The notes beneath the pieces were generated by a model. That model was not told the DNA's origin, ran no database searches, and worked only from the letters and a program-made list of their open reading frames with translations. Made by a program: the position numbers and the translations under genes. From assembly GCA_965249535.1 (NCBI GenBank), contig OZ252241.1, forward strand, positions 2,684,730 to 2,748,729: a stretch of 64,000 nt of DNA. Reading direction: 5' to 3'. Source of the DNA: Vicinamibacterales bacterium (lineage in GTDB: Bacteria; Acidobacteriota; Vicinamibacteria; Vicinamibacterales; G965249535). Below are positions 26,484 to 36,797 of this stretch, in pieces; position 1 is the first letter of the stretch, and every line of letters begins with the position of its first letter.

Positions 26484-27818
26484 CTACATTGTTTCGCAGA
26501 GTGTTTCTAGCGTTTCAAAAAAATCTGGATATGAAACAGCGACGGAGTCAGCTCCCTTAATTAAACATGGATTCGAAGCACCGAGCGCGACGATTGCAAA
26601 GGTCATAGCCAATCGGTGATCTCCAGCCGCGTCAGCAACACCACCGACCGGACGTGTTGTACCTTTCACATGGAACCCATCGCTTAGCTCAGAAGCATCG
26701 GCGCCTAGATTACGTAACCCGGACACCAACATTCCAATTCTGTCACTTTCTTTTGTTCTTAGTTCTTCGGCACCCGTCACTCGAATATCGCCTCCATGAG
26801 TTGCCAAGGCAGCAAGTACTGGTAGCTCATCGATAAGAGCTGGCACCTCAGCGGCTGTGATATTGATGGGGCAAATTTGGTGGTGCCGAATGCGAAGGCG
26901 GCCAGTCGGTTCTCCAGCAGTCTCGTGATCGACAGATATATCGACACGAGCACCGACTCGACGCAAAACATCGAGTAGAGCAATACGAGTTGGATTTAGG
27001 CCAACGTCGACGAGTTCGATGTCTGAACCTGGTAGAGCGGCCGCAGCTACGGTCCAAAAGGCAGCGGAAGAGAAGTCGCCAGGTACGCGTTGTGATGTTG
27101 CATGCAATCGTTGTCCACCGCGAATCAAAATACCCTTACCATTGCGCTCGATTGTGATGCCGAATGCACTGAGCGCACGTTCGGTGTGATCTCTAGTGGG
27201 AATTGATTCAGACACTATCGTGGGTCCACGTGCTTGAAGGCCGGCGAGCAGGATTGCGGTTTTAACCTGTGCGCTCGGCACCAGTGGAACATAGTCAATA
27301 CCCCTGAGGTCTGTTCCCATGATAGTGAGAGGCAGCTTGTTATTGATTAACGAGACTTTTGCACCCATTCGTTCAAGCGGGTCGACGAGACGCTTCATAG
27401 GACGTCGTTGCAGTGAGGAGTCACCAGTCAATGTTGTTTCAAACGAATGTGCTGCGAGAACACCCGTTAATAAGCGGAGTGTTGTGCCGGAATTGTGTGC
27501 ATCTAGGATTACATTGGAACGCTTCAGTCCTCGAAGTCCACATCCCACGATTTCAACAACGTCTAAGGAATTTACTTTATGGGTGCCATTAAGTTCAGTG
27601 TTGTGGCGGTTAACCGTAGCACCCAGTTTTTTGAGACAATCTAGAGTAGCCGCGCAATCGTTTCCCGGAGCATATCCGTTGATCCAAGAAGTGCCGTCGG
27701 CGATGGCCGCAAGGATCGCATAGCGATGAGAAATAGACTTGTCTCCTGGACAACGTAGTTGGCCACGAACCCATCGAGTTGGCCGCACTGTAACCACAGG
27801 AGGCGTTTGAACACTCAC
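26484..27818 (-). CDS. aroA: 3-phosphoshikimate 1-carboxyvinyltransferase (EPSP synthase)
   Basis: 444 aa with LRCPGDKSISHRYAILAA, NSGTTLRLLTG and ELRTKESDRI. Confidence 0.93.
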   Translation of the reverse strand: MSVQTPPVVTVRPTRWVRGQLRCPGDKSISHRYAILAAIADGTSWINGYAPGNDCAATLDCLKKLGATVNRHNTELNGTHKVNSLDVVEIVGCGLRGLKRSNVILDAHNSGTTLRLLTGVLAAHSFETTLTGDSSLQRRPMKRLVDPLERMGAKVSLINNKLPLTIMGTDLRGIDYVPLVPSAQVKTAILLAGLQARGPTIVSESIPTRDHTERALSAFGITIERNGKGILIRGGQRLHATSQRVPGDFSSAAFWTVAAAALPGSDIELVDVGLNPTRIALLDVLRRVGARVDISVDHETAGEPTGRLRIRHHQICPINITAAEVPALIDELPVLAALATHGGDIRVTGAEELRTKESDRIGMLVSGLRNLGADASELSDGFHVKGTTRPVGGVADAAGDHRLAMTFAIVALGASNPCLIKGADSVAVSYPDFFETLETLCETM

Positions 27819-28134
27819 CGTGGCACTATACCATTAACGGGCACGAGTAATTAAAGAAGCACTGAGGATTGAGGATGAGGAATACTTTTGAGTCTCAGTC
27901 TGGGCTTTCATCATTACTCAAGGTGACATGTCTAACCATGCTATTAATGTTACACTCTGTGGACACTATTACTATCTGAAGGGTTAATCATGAGATTGCT
28001 GAAAACAAGTTTGTAGTGTAGGCCTGAAGATCGATCTGATCCAGGCGACTACGGAATCATTCTAATTCTAGTTCGATCTTTGGTGATTTGTTTATTGCAC
28101 ACTCGTTATCGACTAAATATCTAATTTGAATCAG

Positions 28135-28965
28135 ATGAGTAACCAATCTGGGTATATGGAGACAGCCATTGAGGCTGTGCTCAGAGCAGGCCAGATTCAG
28201 ATGAGCCGGCTAGGCACCGAATTGAAGATCGAAAAAAAGGGAACTATTGACCTAGTCACGGAAGTTGATCGTGAAATCGAAACAATTTTTCGACAGATGA
28301 TTGCGTACCGCTTTCCAACTCATGACGTATTAGCTGAGGAATTCCGCACGAGCGATGACATAAGAGGTACGACGGTCAAACATCGATGGGTTTTCGATCC
28401 GATTGACGGTACGGTTAACTATGCTCATGGATTACCGACGTTTTGTTCTGCCGTTTCGCTTGAGATCGACGGACAACCAGAGATTGGAGCTATATACGAT
28501 CCGAGCAGGCGAGAGCTTTTTACGGCGAAAAAGGCTGATGGGGCACGACTAAATGGAGCACCGTTGCACGTGTCTACGACGTCGACTGTTCTCGACTCAG
28601 TACTTTGTACCGGGTTTCCCTATGACGTACATGAAACTGTTGAAGAAGTTGTTGGTCTATTTGCAGAATTCGTCGGCCGCGCACAAGCAGTACGTCGATT
28701 AGGATCGGCTGCGCTCGATCTTTGTTACGTCGCAGCTGGACGTCTTGATGGTTTCTGGGAAGAACGTCTTGAATCCTGGGATGTGTCGGCTGGAAGTTTG
28801 ATCGTCAGAGAAGCAGGTGGAATGGTCACTGGTCTTGACGGCTCAATGTTTAGTTCCCTAAGCGGTCAGGTTCTTGCCTCGAATGGTCGTATTCATGACG
28901 AAATGATTTCGACTATCAATCAATTCAGGACAAATCATTCAGAGAAGCCTACCGAACCAGAATAG
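28135..28965 (+). CDS. Inositol monophosphatase family protein (SuhB/CysQ-like)
   Basis: Contains LAEE, WVFDPIDGTVNYAHG and WDVSAGSLIVREAGG. ATG 28135 is preferred over TTG 28126. Confidence 0.88.
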   Translation: MSNQSGYMETAIEAVLRAGQIQMSRLGTELKIEKKGTIDLVTEVDREIETIFRQMIAYRFPTHDVLAEEFRTSDDIRGTTVKHRWVFDPIDGTVNYAHGLPTFCSAVSLEIDGQPEIGAIYDPSRRELFTAKKADGARLNGAPLHVSTTSTVLDSVLCTGFPYDVHETVEEVVGLFAEFVGRAQAVRRLGSAALDLCYVAAGRLDGFWEERLESWDVSAGSLIVREAGGMVTGLDGSMFSSLSGQVLASNGRIHDEMISTINQFRTNHSEKPTEPE

Positions 28966-29214
28966 GGGCGGTCTTACTTAAGACTAGAGTCTACCCGCCG
29001 AATTACGCTGGTACCATTCTGGAAGTAATTCTGTTCAAAACAAAGGTGTTAATGTCTGGTTAGGTCCTTCGAAGTAGTACGGGCGTTAAGCTGTGATATT
29101 TGACGCAAGGACTTTTCCGTAGACTTATTGCGAATCAATGTGACCAGAATGGAAACAAACACCTCGTGAAGTGTGAAGTTATAATTAGGTGATTGTTTAC
29201 CACTTATTAAATCA

Positions 29215-29814
29215 ATGAATCGTATCTCCAACTGGGTAACGGCGTTTACATCATCGATTGGCGGACCAGGTCTATTTTTGGTTGCATTTTTGGATTCATC
29301 ATTTCTTTCACTTCCAGAGATCAACGATGTCCTCGTAATATGGATGGTGATTCAACATAGGGACAGGATGATTTACTATGCCTTGATGGCAACGTTTGGC
29401 TCCGTTAGTGGCTGTCTTGTTCTCTATTACATGGGTCGGAAGAGCGGTGAAGCTTTTATTCGGAAGCGATTTCGTGAGCACCGTATCGAACGTGCGATGT
29501 CCTTGTTTAATCGTTATGGCGTTCTAGCGATTGCTGTTCCGGCGGTACTACCGCCTCCTATGCCTTTCAAGATTTTTGTCTTGCTAGCTGGGGTGATGAA
29601 AGTATCGGTGTTGCACTTCGTCTCAGCTCTGACGCTTTGTCGAGGTATTCGTTACTTCACTGCGGGATTCCTTGCGTTAAAATATGGCGACCAAGCAATT
29701 GAATTTCTGGATCAGAATGGCCTGACAGTCGCACTGATTGTCTGCGCACTAGGTCTAATAGCAGTTCTCGTGTACCTAATCTTGAAGTGGAAGGTTAGGG
29801 TTAAGAAAACTTAA
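29215..29814 (+). CDS. DedA/YqaA-like (VTT-domain) membrane protein
   Basis: 199 aa and polytopic. It has GGPGLFLVAFLDSSFLSLPEINDVL and a PPPMPFKIFVLLAG pattern typical of the SNARE-associated/DedA superfamily. Confidence 0.65.
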   Translation: MNRISNWVTAFTSSIGGPGLFLVAFLDSSFLSLPEINDVLVIWMVIQHRDRMIYYALMATFGSVSGCLVLYYMGRKSGEAFIRKRFREHRIERAMSLFNRYGVLAIAVPAVLPPPMPFKIFVLLAGVMKVSVLHFVSALTLCRGIRYFTAGFLALKYGDQAIEFLDQNGLTVALIVCALGLIAVLVYLILKWKVRVKKT

Positions 29815-30004
29815 CCGGTAAACATTGAGTGATTATTTGATAAGGGTTTAAGGAATGCTTGCGACCGCGTTAGGTCCCCGTCAGGCTAGTCGCTTAACAG
29901 TTCGTGAGCGAGTAGTTCGTGTACGGATGTTGAGCTAACTCCAATGATTCCAATAAGTTGTGTTGACCTATCACAGCCGACCACCTATAATCTGGATCAA
30001 ACCT

Positions 30005-30970
30005 ATGACGCCTGATATTTCAGTTGTTGTTCCGTTACGGAACGAAGTAGAAAACCTAGTCGAACTTCACCAGCAATTGAGTGAGACACTCAAGCAGGTT
30101 GGTCGGCCTTATGAACTTGTCTTCGTAGACGATGGAAGCACCGACAATAGCTTTGATGTGCTCAGGAAATTACAGGAGTCGGATTCTCAGTTACGATTGA
30201 TCCGCCTCCGTCGAAACTTTGGACAGACAGCAGCTTTTGCTGCAGGTATTGCTCATGCTCGTGGTCGCTTGGTTGTGACATCAGACGCTGATTTACAGAA
30301 TGATCCGCACGACATACCTTCTATGGTTGAGAAATTGGAACAAGGTTATGACATGGTGTGTGGTTGGCGACGCAATCGAAAAGATCCATTTCTGACGCGC
30401 CGTGTACCATCTATGATTGCGAACCGCTTAATTTCATCGACGACTGGTGTACGATTACATGATTACGGGTGTTCGTTAAAGGTATTTCGGGCCGAGGTGA
30501 TCAAATCCATGAAACTTTACGGTGAGATGCACCGGTTCATTCCAGCCATTGCGAGCGAGCAGGGTGTCAAGATTGCAGAAGTTGAGGTTAATCATAGACC
30601 TCGTCTACATGGTGAATCTAAATATGGTCTGTCGAGGACCCTACGGGTGACCCTTGATCTGGTGACTGTTAAGTTCCTATTGAGCTATTCGACACGACCA
30701 CTACAGATATTTGGACTCGTCGGTTTAGTAATGGGGTTAATAGGTTCCGTTATAACAGGATGGCTTGGTTATGTGAGGTTGTTTGGCGGACAGGCAATTT
30801 CCAATCGTCCGCTGTTGTTCTTAGGCATTCTACTAATTTTTACAGGTGTGCAGCTTATAACGCTCGGCTTATTAGCAGAGCTCCAGGCGCGGACGTACCA
30901 TGAGTCACAGGACAAGCCGACATATTTCATCAGGGATATCTTAGACGGTCCACATTCTGGGGGAAATTAG
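30005..30970 (+). CDS. GT2 polyprenyl-phosphate glycosyltransferase (ArnC/GtrB/DPM1-like)
   Basis: The start is at MTPDISVVVPLRNE. VFVDDGSTDNS and the DxD motif SDADLQNDP are present, with two C-terminal TM helices as in GtrB/ArnC. Confidence 0.85.
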   Translation: MTPDISVVVPLRNEVENLVELHQQLSETLKQVGRPYELVFVDDGSTDNSFDVLRKLQESDSQLRLIRLRRNFGQTAAFAAGIAHARGRLVVTSDADLQNDPHDIPSMVEKLEQGYDMVCGWRRNRKDPFLTRRVPSMIANRLISSTTGVRLHDYGCSLKVFRAEVIKSMKLYGEMHRFIPAIASEQGVKIAEVEVNHRPRLHGESKYGLSRTLRVTLDLVTVKFLLSYSTRPLQIFGLVGLVMGLIGSVITGWLGYVRLFGGQAISNRPLLFLGILLIFTGVQLITLGLLAELQARTYHESQDKPTYFIRDILDGPHSGGN

Positions 30971-30985
30971 AAAGTCCAGTCCGAT

Positions 30986-31008
30986 CGCTGACATACCTGG
31001 GGTCAGCG
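30986..31008. terminator. Candidate bidirectional hairpin between convergent genes
   Basis: CGCTGAC-(9 nt)-GTCAGCG forms a 7-bp perfect stem in the 51-nt gap between the GT2 stop and the AP-superfamily gene stop. There is no flanking U-tract, so the call is weak. Confidence 0.3.
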
Positions 31009-31021
31009 AAACCGTCCGATG

Positions 31022-32671
31022 TCAGCGGACATACCCGAGGGAGCGTAGTTGTCTTAATTGGTCTTCACTTATGGGGCGTTCGTCCGGCTTCCGAGCCTTC
31101 AAGTTGCTGAGATTCGAGCGTAACTCTTCACGAAGCTCGGCTAGGACCCTTGGCCTTCCTTTTTCGTTCTGCAATTCCTCTGGATCATCAATAAGGTCGT
31201 ATAGTTCAGTCCGATTTTGTGCCGGTGTAACGATAAGTTTGTAATCATCTGTTATAAGAGCTCGACGCTCTCTTGGAGCTGGAGGCGAAAATGTCTCAGC
31301 AATTATAGAAGGAGTCACATCATGAACTGCCGAACCGAGCATTAATGGAACCAAAGTGCGTCCACCTCGCTCAAAATCATCAGATAAATTAAATAGATCG
31401 GTTATGGTTGGCAGGAGATCGATGAGGGAGACAGGTGTCTTAACAACCTTATTGGCTGGTAAGCGCCCAGGCCAGCTGAGGATGAGAGGAACACGCAACT
31501 GCTCATCGTAAAGTTGACTAACGTGTCCCATGGTACCGTGATTGCCGAGGCCTTCTCCGTGATCAGCCGTGAGAATTATGAGTGTATCGTCCAGTTTTTC
31601 TGTTGAATGCAGTGAATCAAGTAGGAATCCGATCTGGCGGTCAGAATACTCGACTTCCTCTTGGTAGCGGCGTCTTAATTCTTGCAGGGTCAGGACCTCA
31701 TCTGCCCGTAAGATAAGATTCGTATTAGTTTTCTTGTCGTTGAGATTATTTATTACGACAGTTGCTGAGAAAGTCTCTGGATTCTTAATGTTCTTCGCAC
31801 TTTCACAGCCACTTACGCACTCAGCTTCGACTTGAGAATCTGTTGTCCGAATACCTTGTAGGCGAATAGGCCGATGCAAAGGTACTCCAACCGTAGAGAC
31901 TTTAATAACTGTCCTACCAGGAGGAACCACTAATGGGATAGATTTTGTATTAGCGTCGGCCTCGATTGTAGTAGTAAGATTTTCGACACCAGCTTGTTTT
32001 ATTAGTAACTGAGGATAAATTCGATCGACCGGGGCGTAAGGTTCATGTGGATCGGAGTAATGCACCCAGAGAAAAAACGGTTCTTTCTGACGGCTTATCC
32101 ACGGAAGGATCTCGTTGTTCAACTGGTCCGATGTCTTCCACCAGTCCAGTCCAAAGCTGTCGTGATATTCATTAAATCCTTGTGATAGGCCGACACTTGC
32201 CTTAAGAACACCAAGGCTTACGAATGCGGCCGTGTTCCAGTGATTGCGTTTAAGAATCTCTGCTAGTGTGACATGTTCATCATTGAGTACTTGAAAGTGG
32301 TTTCGGACACCATGTACCCGTGGAAGTAAGGATGTGAACATGGACGAGTGGCTAGGACCGGTGATGGGAGCGTGACTGTACGCTCGTTCGAATCGTACGC
32401 CAGAAGCTGCCAGTGTATCAATGTTTGGGGTAGCTGACTCACCGCCATAGATGCTCAGGTAGTCAGCCCGTAGCGTATCCACAACGATAAATAAAACGTT
32501 ACTCAAGGTGCCGTCGGAAACCATAAGTCGCTTATTATCGGTGTCCGTTGAGCACGCCATCAGAAAAAAGCACACAATCGTTATCGTCCAGCACCTGGGC
32601 TGGCCAAGGCAGTTGAACGACATCTTCATTCTTCGTTGTTGCCTATTGGCTACAGTTGGGGACATCCTCAT
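31022..32671 (-). CDS. Alkaline-phosphatase-superfamily 'sulfatase-like' hydrolase/transferase with Thr at the nucleophile position
   Basis: It has a signal/lipobox-like CFFLMACS, metal-site FIVVDTLRADYL and TPNIDTLAASGVRF. The nucleophile region reads HAPITGPSHSSMFTS where sulfatases have C/S-x-P-x-R. ADHGEGLGNHG is present and the protein ends LRSLGYVR. The start is uncertain. Confidence 0.8.
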   Translation of the reverse strand: MRMSPTVANRQQRRMKMSFNCLGQPRCWTITIVCFFLMACSTDTDNKRLMVSDGTLSNVLFIVVDTLRADYLSIYGGESATPNIDTLAASGVRFERAYSHAPITGPSHSSMFTSLLPRVHGVRNHFQVLNDEHVTLAEILKRNHWNTAAFVSLGVLKASVGLSQGFNEYHDSFGLDWWKTSDQLNNEILPWISRQKEPFFLWVHYSDPHEPYAPVDRIYPQLLIKQAGVENLTTTIEADANTKSIPLVVPPGRTVIKVSTVGVPLHRPIRLQGIRTTDSQVEAECVSGCESAKNIKNPETFSATVVINNLNDKKTNTNLILRADEVLTLQELRRRYQEEVEYSDRQIGFLLDSLHSTEKLDDTLIILTADHGEGLGNHGTMGHVSQLYDEQLRVPLILSWPGRLPANKVVKTPVSLIDLLPTITDLFNLSDDFERGGRTLVPLMLGSAVHDVTPSIIAETFSPPAPRERRALITDDYKLIVTPAQNRTELYDLIDDPEELQNEKGRPRVLAELREELRSNLSNLKARKPDERPISEDQLRQLRSLGYVR

Positions 32672-32900
32672 ATAGAGAAGTTTCTTCGGACAATTGCTAA
32701 CAGGAGCAACCTGTCAGGGCGATCGTACACTACTGGCTTCTGGCAGAAAAGCAATCTTGACTATGTCAAGCCTTGTTGTTCAATTTAGGGATTGACACAG
32801 TACCTTGACTGCTTATTGTTATGGCCCATAAAATCTGATATTCGACACTTTTAAAGAAAGTATCTTTGCTGTTGATAAACTTAGGAAGAAACGTTTTATT

Positions 32901-33662
32901 ATGACACGCAAACACGATCCACGGATAACGGTAATCCAGCACGAGTTGTTCGATGCACGGCGATCTAAGGTTCGCAAGTATCGTGATTTAACTGTAGGGA
33001 GTCGTGGCGTTTTGGCTTTTCTTATCTACGAGTTGGTCGTTACGAGTTGTTCGAATCTTCCTGGTGCTATAGGTCTGTTCCTGAGAGCAAAACTGTACCC
33101 TTTATTGTTGGGTCGCACTGGTCGTAATGTTACGTTTGGTGTCAATGTTACGTTACGGCACCCACACAAGATTGTCATTGGTGACAATGTGGTAATCGAT
33201 GACGGATGTTGTCTCGATGCGAAGGGAATAGATCGCGAAGGCATTAAGATCGGAAGCGGAGTATTTATTGGACGAAATACAATCTTAAGTTGTAAGAACG
33301 GTGACATTGTGATTGAGGATAACGCCAACATTGGATTTAATTGTGAGATATTTTCAGCTTCGAGAGTTCGGCTGGGAAAAAATTCATTGGTCGCAGCCTA
33401 TACATATCTGGTGGGTGGAGATCATTTGTATGATCGGGTTGATATCCCGGTTCTTGAACAAGGACGTACATCAGTTGGCATAGATGTGGGTGACAATGTT
33501 TGGCTTGGTGCACACGTGGTTGTGTCGGATGGGTCTCGAATCGGTCGTGACACTATTATTGGGGCTGGTGCCGTTGTGATGGGTGAGATTAAGGAATTCA
33601 AGATCGCGGTTGGCGTGCCTGCTAAGGTAATCCAAGATAGGCGTTCTCCTATCAATGATTGA
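32901..33662 (+). CDS. Left-handed beta-helix (hexapeptide-repeat) acyl/acetyltransferase
   Basis: Hexapeptide repeats IGDNVVIDDGCCLDA, IGSGVFIGRNTIL, IGFNCEIF and VGDNVWLGAHVVV. It has an N-terminal hydrophobic segment as in WcaF-type EPS acetyltransferases. Confidence 0.85.
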   Translation: MTRKHDPRITVIQHELFDARRSKVRKYRDLTVGSRGVLAFLIYELVVTSCSNLPGAIGLFLRAKLYPLLLGRTGRNVTFGVNVTLRHPHKIVIGDNVVIDDGCCLDAKGIDREGIKIGSGVFIGRNTILSCKNGDIVIEDNANIGFNCEIFSASRVRLGKNSLVAAYTYLVGGDHLYDRVDIPVLEQGRTSVGIDVGDNVWLGAHVVVSDGSRIGRDTIIGAGAVVMGEIKEFKIAVGVPAKVIQDRRSPIND

Positions 33663-33727
33663 ACGGACGAGATGGCTATTCTAGGGATTGGCGAGAACTC
33701 AACATTCATATAGGTAAATGTTGTCTG

Positions 33728-35623
33728 ATGTGTGGCATTGTTGCAATTATTCATCGAGATCGAGAAGAACCGGTAATTCTTGATGATCTGGTACGTATGG
33801 TGCGAATCTTACGACATCGCGGGCCTGATGAAGAAGGTAGTGTGGTGTTATCAGGTGTAGGACTCGCGATGCGGCGATTATCTATTGTTGATCTAGGAGG
33901 TGGACAGCAGCCGTTTTTAAGTGAGGACGCTAGTATTTATCTCGTAGCAAACGGTGAAATTTACAATTTCGAAGAGATGAAGGCTGAGCTCATTCAGCGA
34001 GGGCATGTATTTCGGAGTAGATCTGATATTGAAGTTTTGGTACATGCCTATGAGGAATACGGCGAGGCGTTTCTTAACAAGATTCGAGGAATGTTTGCGT
34101 TGGCGCTGTGGGATGAGAGAAAACAGATGTTTCTTGCTGCGAGAGATCGAGCTGGAGAGAAGCCACTCTACTATTCACTGACGGAACGCGGTCTACTGCT
34201 GGCCTCTGAGATAAAAGCTTTGTTGGTTAGGTCTGACGTGTCTCGTCAGCCAAATATCGAGGCTCTCGATCAATTCTTGACCTACGGATACTCGATTGCG
34301 CCGCAGACTCTATTCGCAGCTGTAAAAAAATTACCTGCCGCGCATTGTCTCATGTATCGGAATGGTCAGTTGACTGTTACGAAGTATTGGGATGCTGCGG
34401 AGACGGGTTTGCGTGTATGGAAAGAAACAGAGGCCGTTGAAGCGCTTCGTTCAGTGCTCTCAAGAGCCATTTCGAGTCAGCTTATGTCAGATGTGCCGCT
34501 GGGAGTATTTCTCTCCGGCGGTATTGATTCGAGTGCGATTGTTGCGTTGATGAGCGAAGTGCCGTCGTGTCGTAATAATGGTATTAATACCTTCAGTTTG
34601 GGTTTTAAAGATGGTAGTTACAATGAGTTACCTTACGCCAGGGAAGTGGCGCAGCGGTTCGGTACGTGTCACCGAGAGGGAACGCTTCAACCTGATCTTG
34701 TAGAACTTTTTGATGAACTTGTGGTGCACTTGGACGAACCGTTTGCGGATGTTTCATTGTTTCCGACCTATTTGTTGTCACAGATCACCCGTCAGCACGT
34801 GAAAGTAGCTCTTTCAGGTGACGGCGGTGATGAGTTGTTTGGAGGGTATGATACGTATGTGGCCGAGCGGCTTGCACGGCAACTTGCCCGGACAATTCCT
34901 CTGATAGCTATATCGGCACTTGCTAGTCTAGTCGAACTGTTTCCACCGAACGACAGAAAAAAGGGGTTTGTTAATAAGGTTCGACGTTTTGCTCAGGGAC
35001 TGAGGGATGCACCTTCAACCATTGAGCACTACAGGTGGATGACATTTCTAAGTGCAGAAGCAAAAAAACGATTATACACGCCCATGCTACAACAGGAACT
35101 AGTCAATTCGGACGTGTACCGACCTGTTCGAGAACACCTGCAATTGCCCAGTGGTGACGATCCATTGAACCGTCAGTTGTACGCGGACCTTTCGGTGTAC
35201 CTTTCTGACGACATTCTCGTAAAAGTGGACAGAATGAGTATGGCAACTTCACTAGAAACACGTGCACCATTTCTAGATGTCGATGTAATGGAGTTAGCAT
35301 TTTCAATGCCTGGTGACCTCAAGATTCGTGGAACAGAGCGAAAATATATCCTGAAGCGTGCTCTACGTGGGCTACTTCCGGAGTCTATCCTTACTCGGAG
35401 TAAGGAGGGATTTAGTATTCCAATGAAGAACTGGCTTCGAGGTAGTCTTTGTCCACTCATGGACGATCTGTTGGCTTCAGACCGCATTATTAAGCGTGGC
35501 TGGTTTAACCCTATCGATGTTCAGCGACGGATTACTGAACACAAGGCAGGTCGAGAGAATCATGCACATACATTGTTTAGTCTGATGGTTTTAGAGCGGT
35601 GGGCTCAGGAATTCTTGTCATAA
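33728..35623 (+). CDS. asnB: Asparagine synthase (glutamine-hydrolysing) family amidotransferase
   Basis: ATG 33728 gives MCGIVAI, with the Ntn Cys2 in place. The PP-loop is FLSGGIDSS. The upstream part of track ORF 33659.. is discounted. Confidence 0.9.
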   Translation: MCGIVAIIHRDREEPVILDDLVRMVRILRHRGPDEEGSVVLSGVGLAMRRLSIVDLGGGQQPFLSEDASIYLVANGEIYNFEEMKAELIQRGHVFRSRSDIEVLVHAYEEYGEAFLNKIRGMFALALWDERKQMFLAARDRAGEKPLYYSLTERGLLLASEIKALLVRSDVSRQPNIEALDQFLTYGYSIAPQTLFAAVKKLPAAHCLMYRNGQLTVTKYWDAAETGLRVWKETEAVEALRSVLSRAISSQLMSDVPLGVFLSGGIDSSAIVALMSEVPSCRNNGINTFSLGFKDGSYNELPYAREVAQRFGTCHREGTLQPDLVELFDELVVHLDEPFADVSLFPTYLLSQITRQHVKVALSGDGGDELFGGYDTYVAERLARQLARTIPLIAISALASLVELFPPNDRKKGFVNKVRRFAQGLRDAPSTIEHYRWMTFLSAEAKKRLYTPMLQQELVNSDVYRPVREHLQLPSGDDPLNRQLYADLSVYLSDDILVKVDRMSMATSLETRAPFLDVDVMELAFSMPGDLKIRGTERKYILKRALRGLLPESILTRSKEGFSIPMKNWLRGSLCPLMDDLLASDRIIKRGWFNPIDVQRRITEHKAGRENHAHTLFSLMVLERWAQEFLS

Positions 35624-35714
35624 TCTCTGAGGGTATAGTGGTTGTGAATGCCTTTGTGGGCCACGAATTCCGTTAGAAGTGAATTAAGATTTGATGAATC
35701 GTGTTCAAGATAAA

Positions 35715-36797
35715 TTAGATGATTGGAACATTTTGCCAGCCGTCAGTTTCAGTGAACTCCCGGGCCGAAAAACACCAAATGACGAGTCGTTTGCTATTCC
35801 AATATGAAGGATCCTTTTGAGCTCTTCGAAGTAAGTTGATTCGGGCAGCTGTTGCCCCGGAACCTCGAACCGCAACGAGATCTACCGCGAAACCGAGCTC
35901 TAATGCGAGTTGGTCGGGAAGTCCGGCTCCTCGAGCGTGCATGTCTTTACCTGCATGAAAAATTAGGTTGTGGCTATCACCAAGTAACACGATAGGACTT
36001 GATGGATCAGGATCCACAGGTGCGATGAGACCGTTTAATGTTGTTTCGACGAATCGCAGTGGAAGGCGTTCTTTGATAATGGATGGGTCATTTGCTGCGT
36101 TCCAGAGATCACCTAAGATTTCGGTCGTTTGCCAGCGGTGGGTAAAAGGGTTCCGTTGCGTGACCTGGAACAAAGATCGACGATTTAGTTCAGCGACGAT
36201 CTCTCCTGCTGTTAGGACTGTGGCGTTTCCTGACCAGTGCGTATCTTGTTTGCAGTAAAGGATGCCATTCGGATGTGAACGACTAGTTAAAAATAATGGT
36301 ACGAGATCTAAAACACGCACGCCGTTTGCTCTGAGCAGGTTGTAAAACGTCTGATGGTGAATATCGAACCTAGATGGTGTTGCAGATTGAACGAATTCTG
36401 CGACTGACGAAAGTTTGTCTGGGTAAGCAATAATTTTTGGTGGGACAGGCACGATCAATAAGTCGATCCCAATATTCTGGAGTTGTCTGTAAAAGTCCAG
36501 AATGGCTGGCAGTGGATCCACTGAGTTGCGATTTCTGGCAGTGCTGACATCAGCGGCTGCTTTACCCCAGAAAGGACCCACACCCACGTGGCGCAATTCA
36601 GGTCCGAAAAACAACCATCCCTCGCTACCAGTCACGACAATCGTATCTTTTTCGTTAGCTTTTTGAGCAAGGTTGCCCCAGCTAGTCAAGAGTTCTTCAA
36701 TTTCTTGGGTAGTAAGGAATGATTTACTGCAAGAGAGTAATATCGTAATCGCAAAAAGCGTCCATACGGAAATTCTTACTATTGTCATATTTCTCAA
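35715..36797 (-). CDS. AlgJ/AlgX-type SGNH-like polysaccharide O-acetyltransferase component
   Basis: N-terminal anchor followed by GSEGWLFFG and the signature CKQDTHWSGNAT (DxHW). It sits in a block with an MBOAT gene. Confidence 0.75.
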   Translation of the reverse strand: MRNMTIVRISVWTLFAITILLSCSKSFLTTQEIEELLTSWGNLAQKANEKDTIVVTGSEGWLFFGPELRHVGVGPFWGKAAADVSTARNRNSVDPLPAILDFYRQLQNIGIDLLIVPVPPKIIAYPDKLSSVAEFVQSATPSRFDIHHQTFYNLLRANGVRVLDLVPLFLTSRSHPNGILYCKQDTHWSGNATVLTAGEIVAELNRRSLFQVTQRNPFTHRWQTTEILGDLWNAANDPSIIKERLPLRFVETTLNGLIAPVDPDPSSPIVLLGDSHNLIFHAGKDMHARGAGLPDQLALELGFAVDLVAVRGSGATAARINLLRRAQKDPSYWNSKRLVIWCFSAREFTETDGWQNVPII

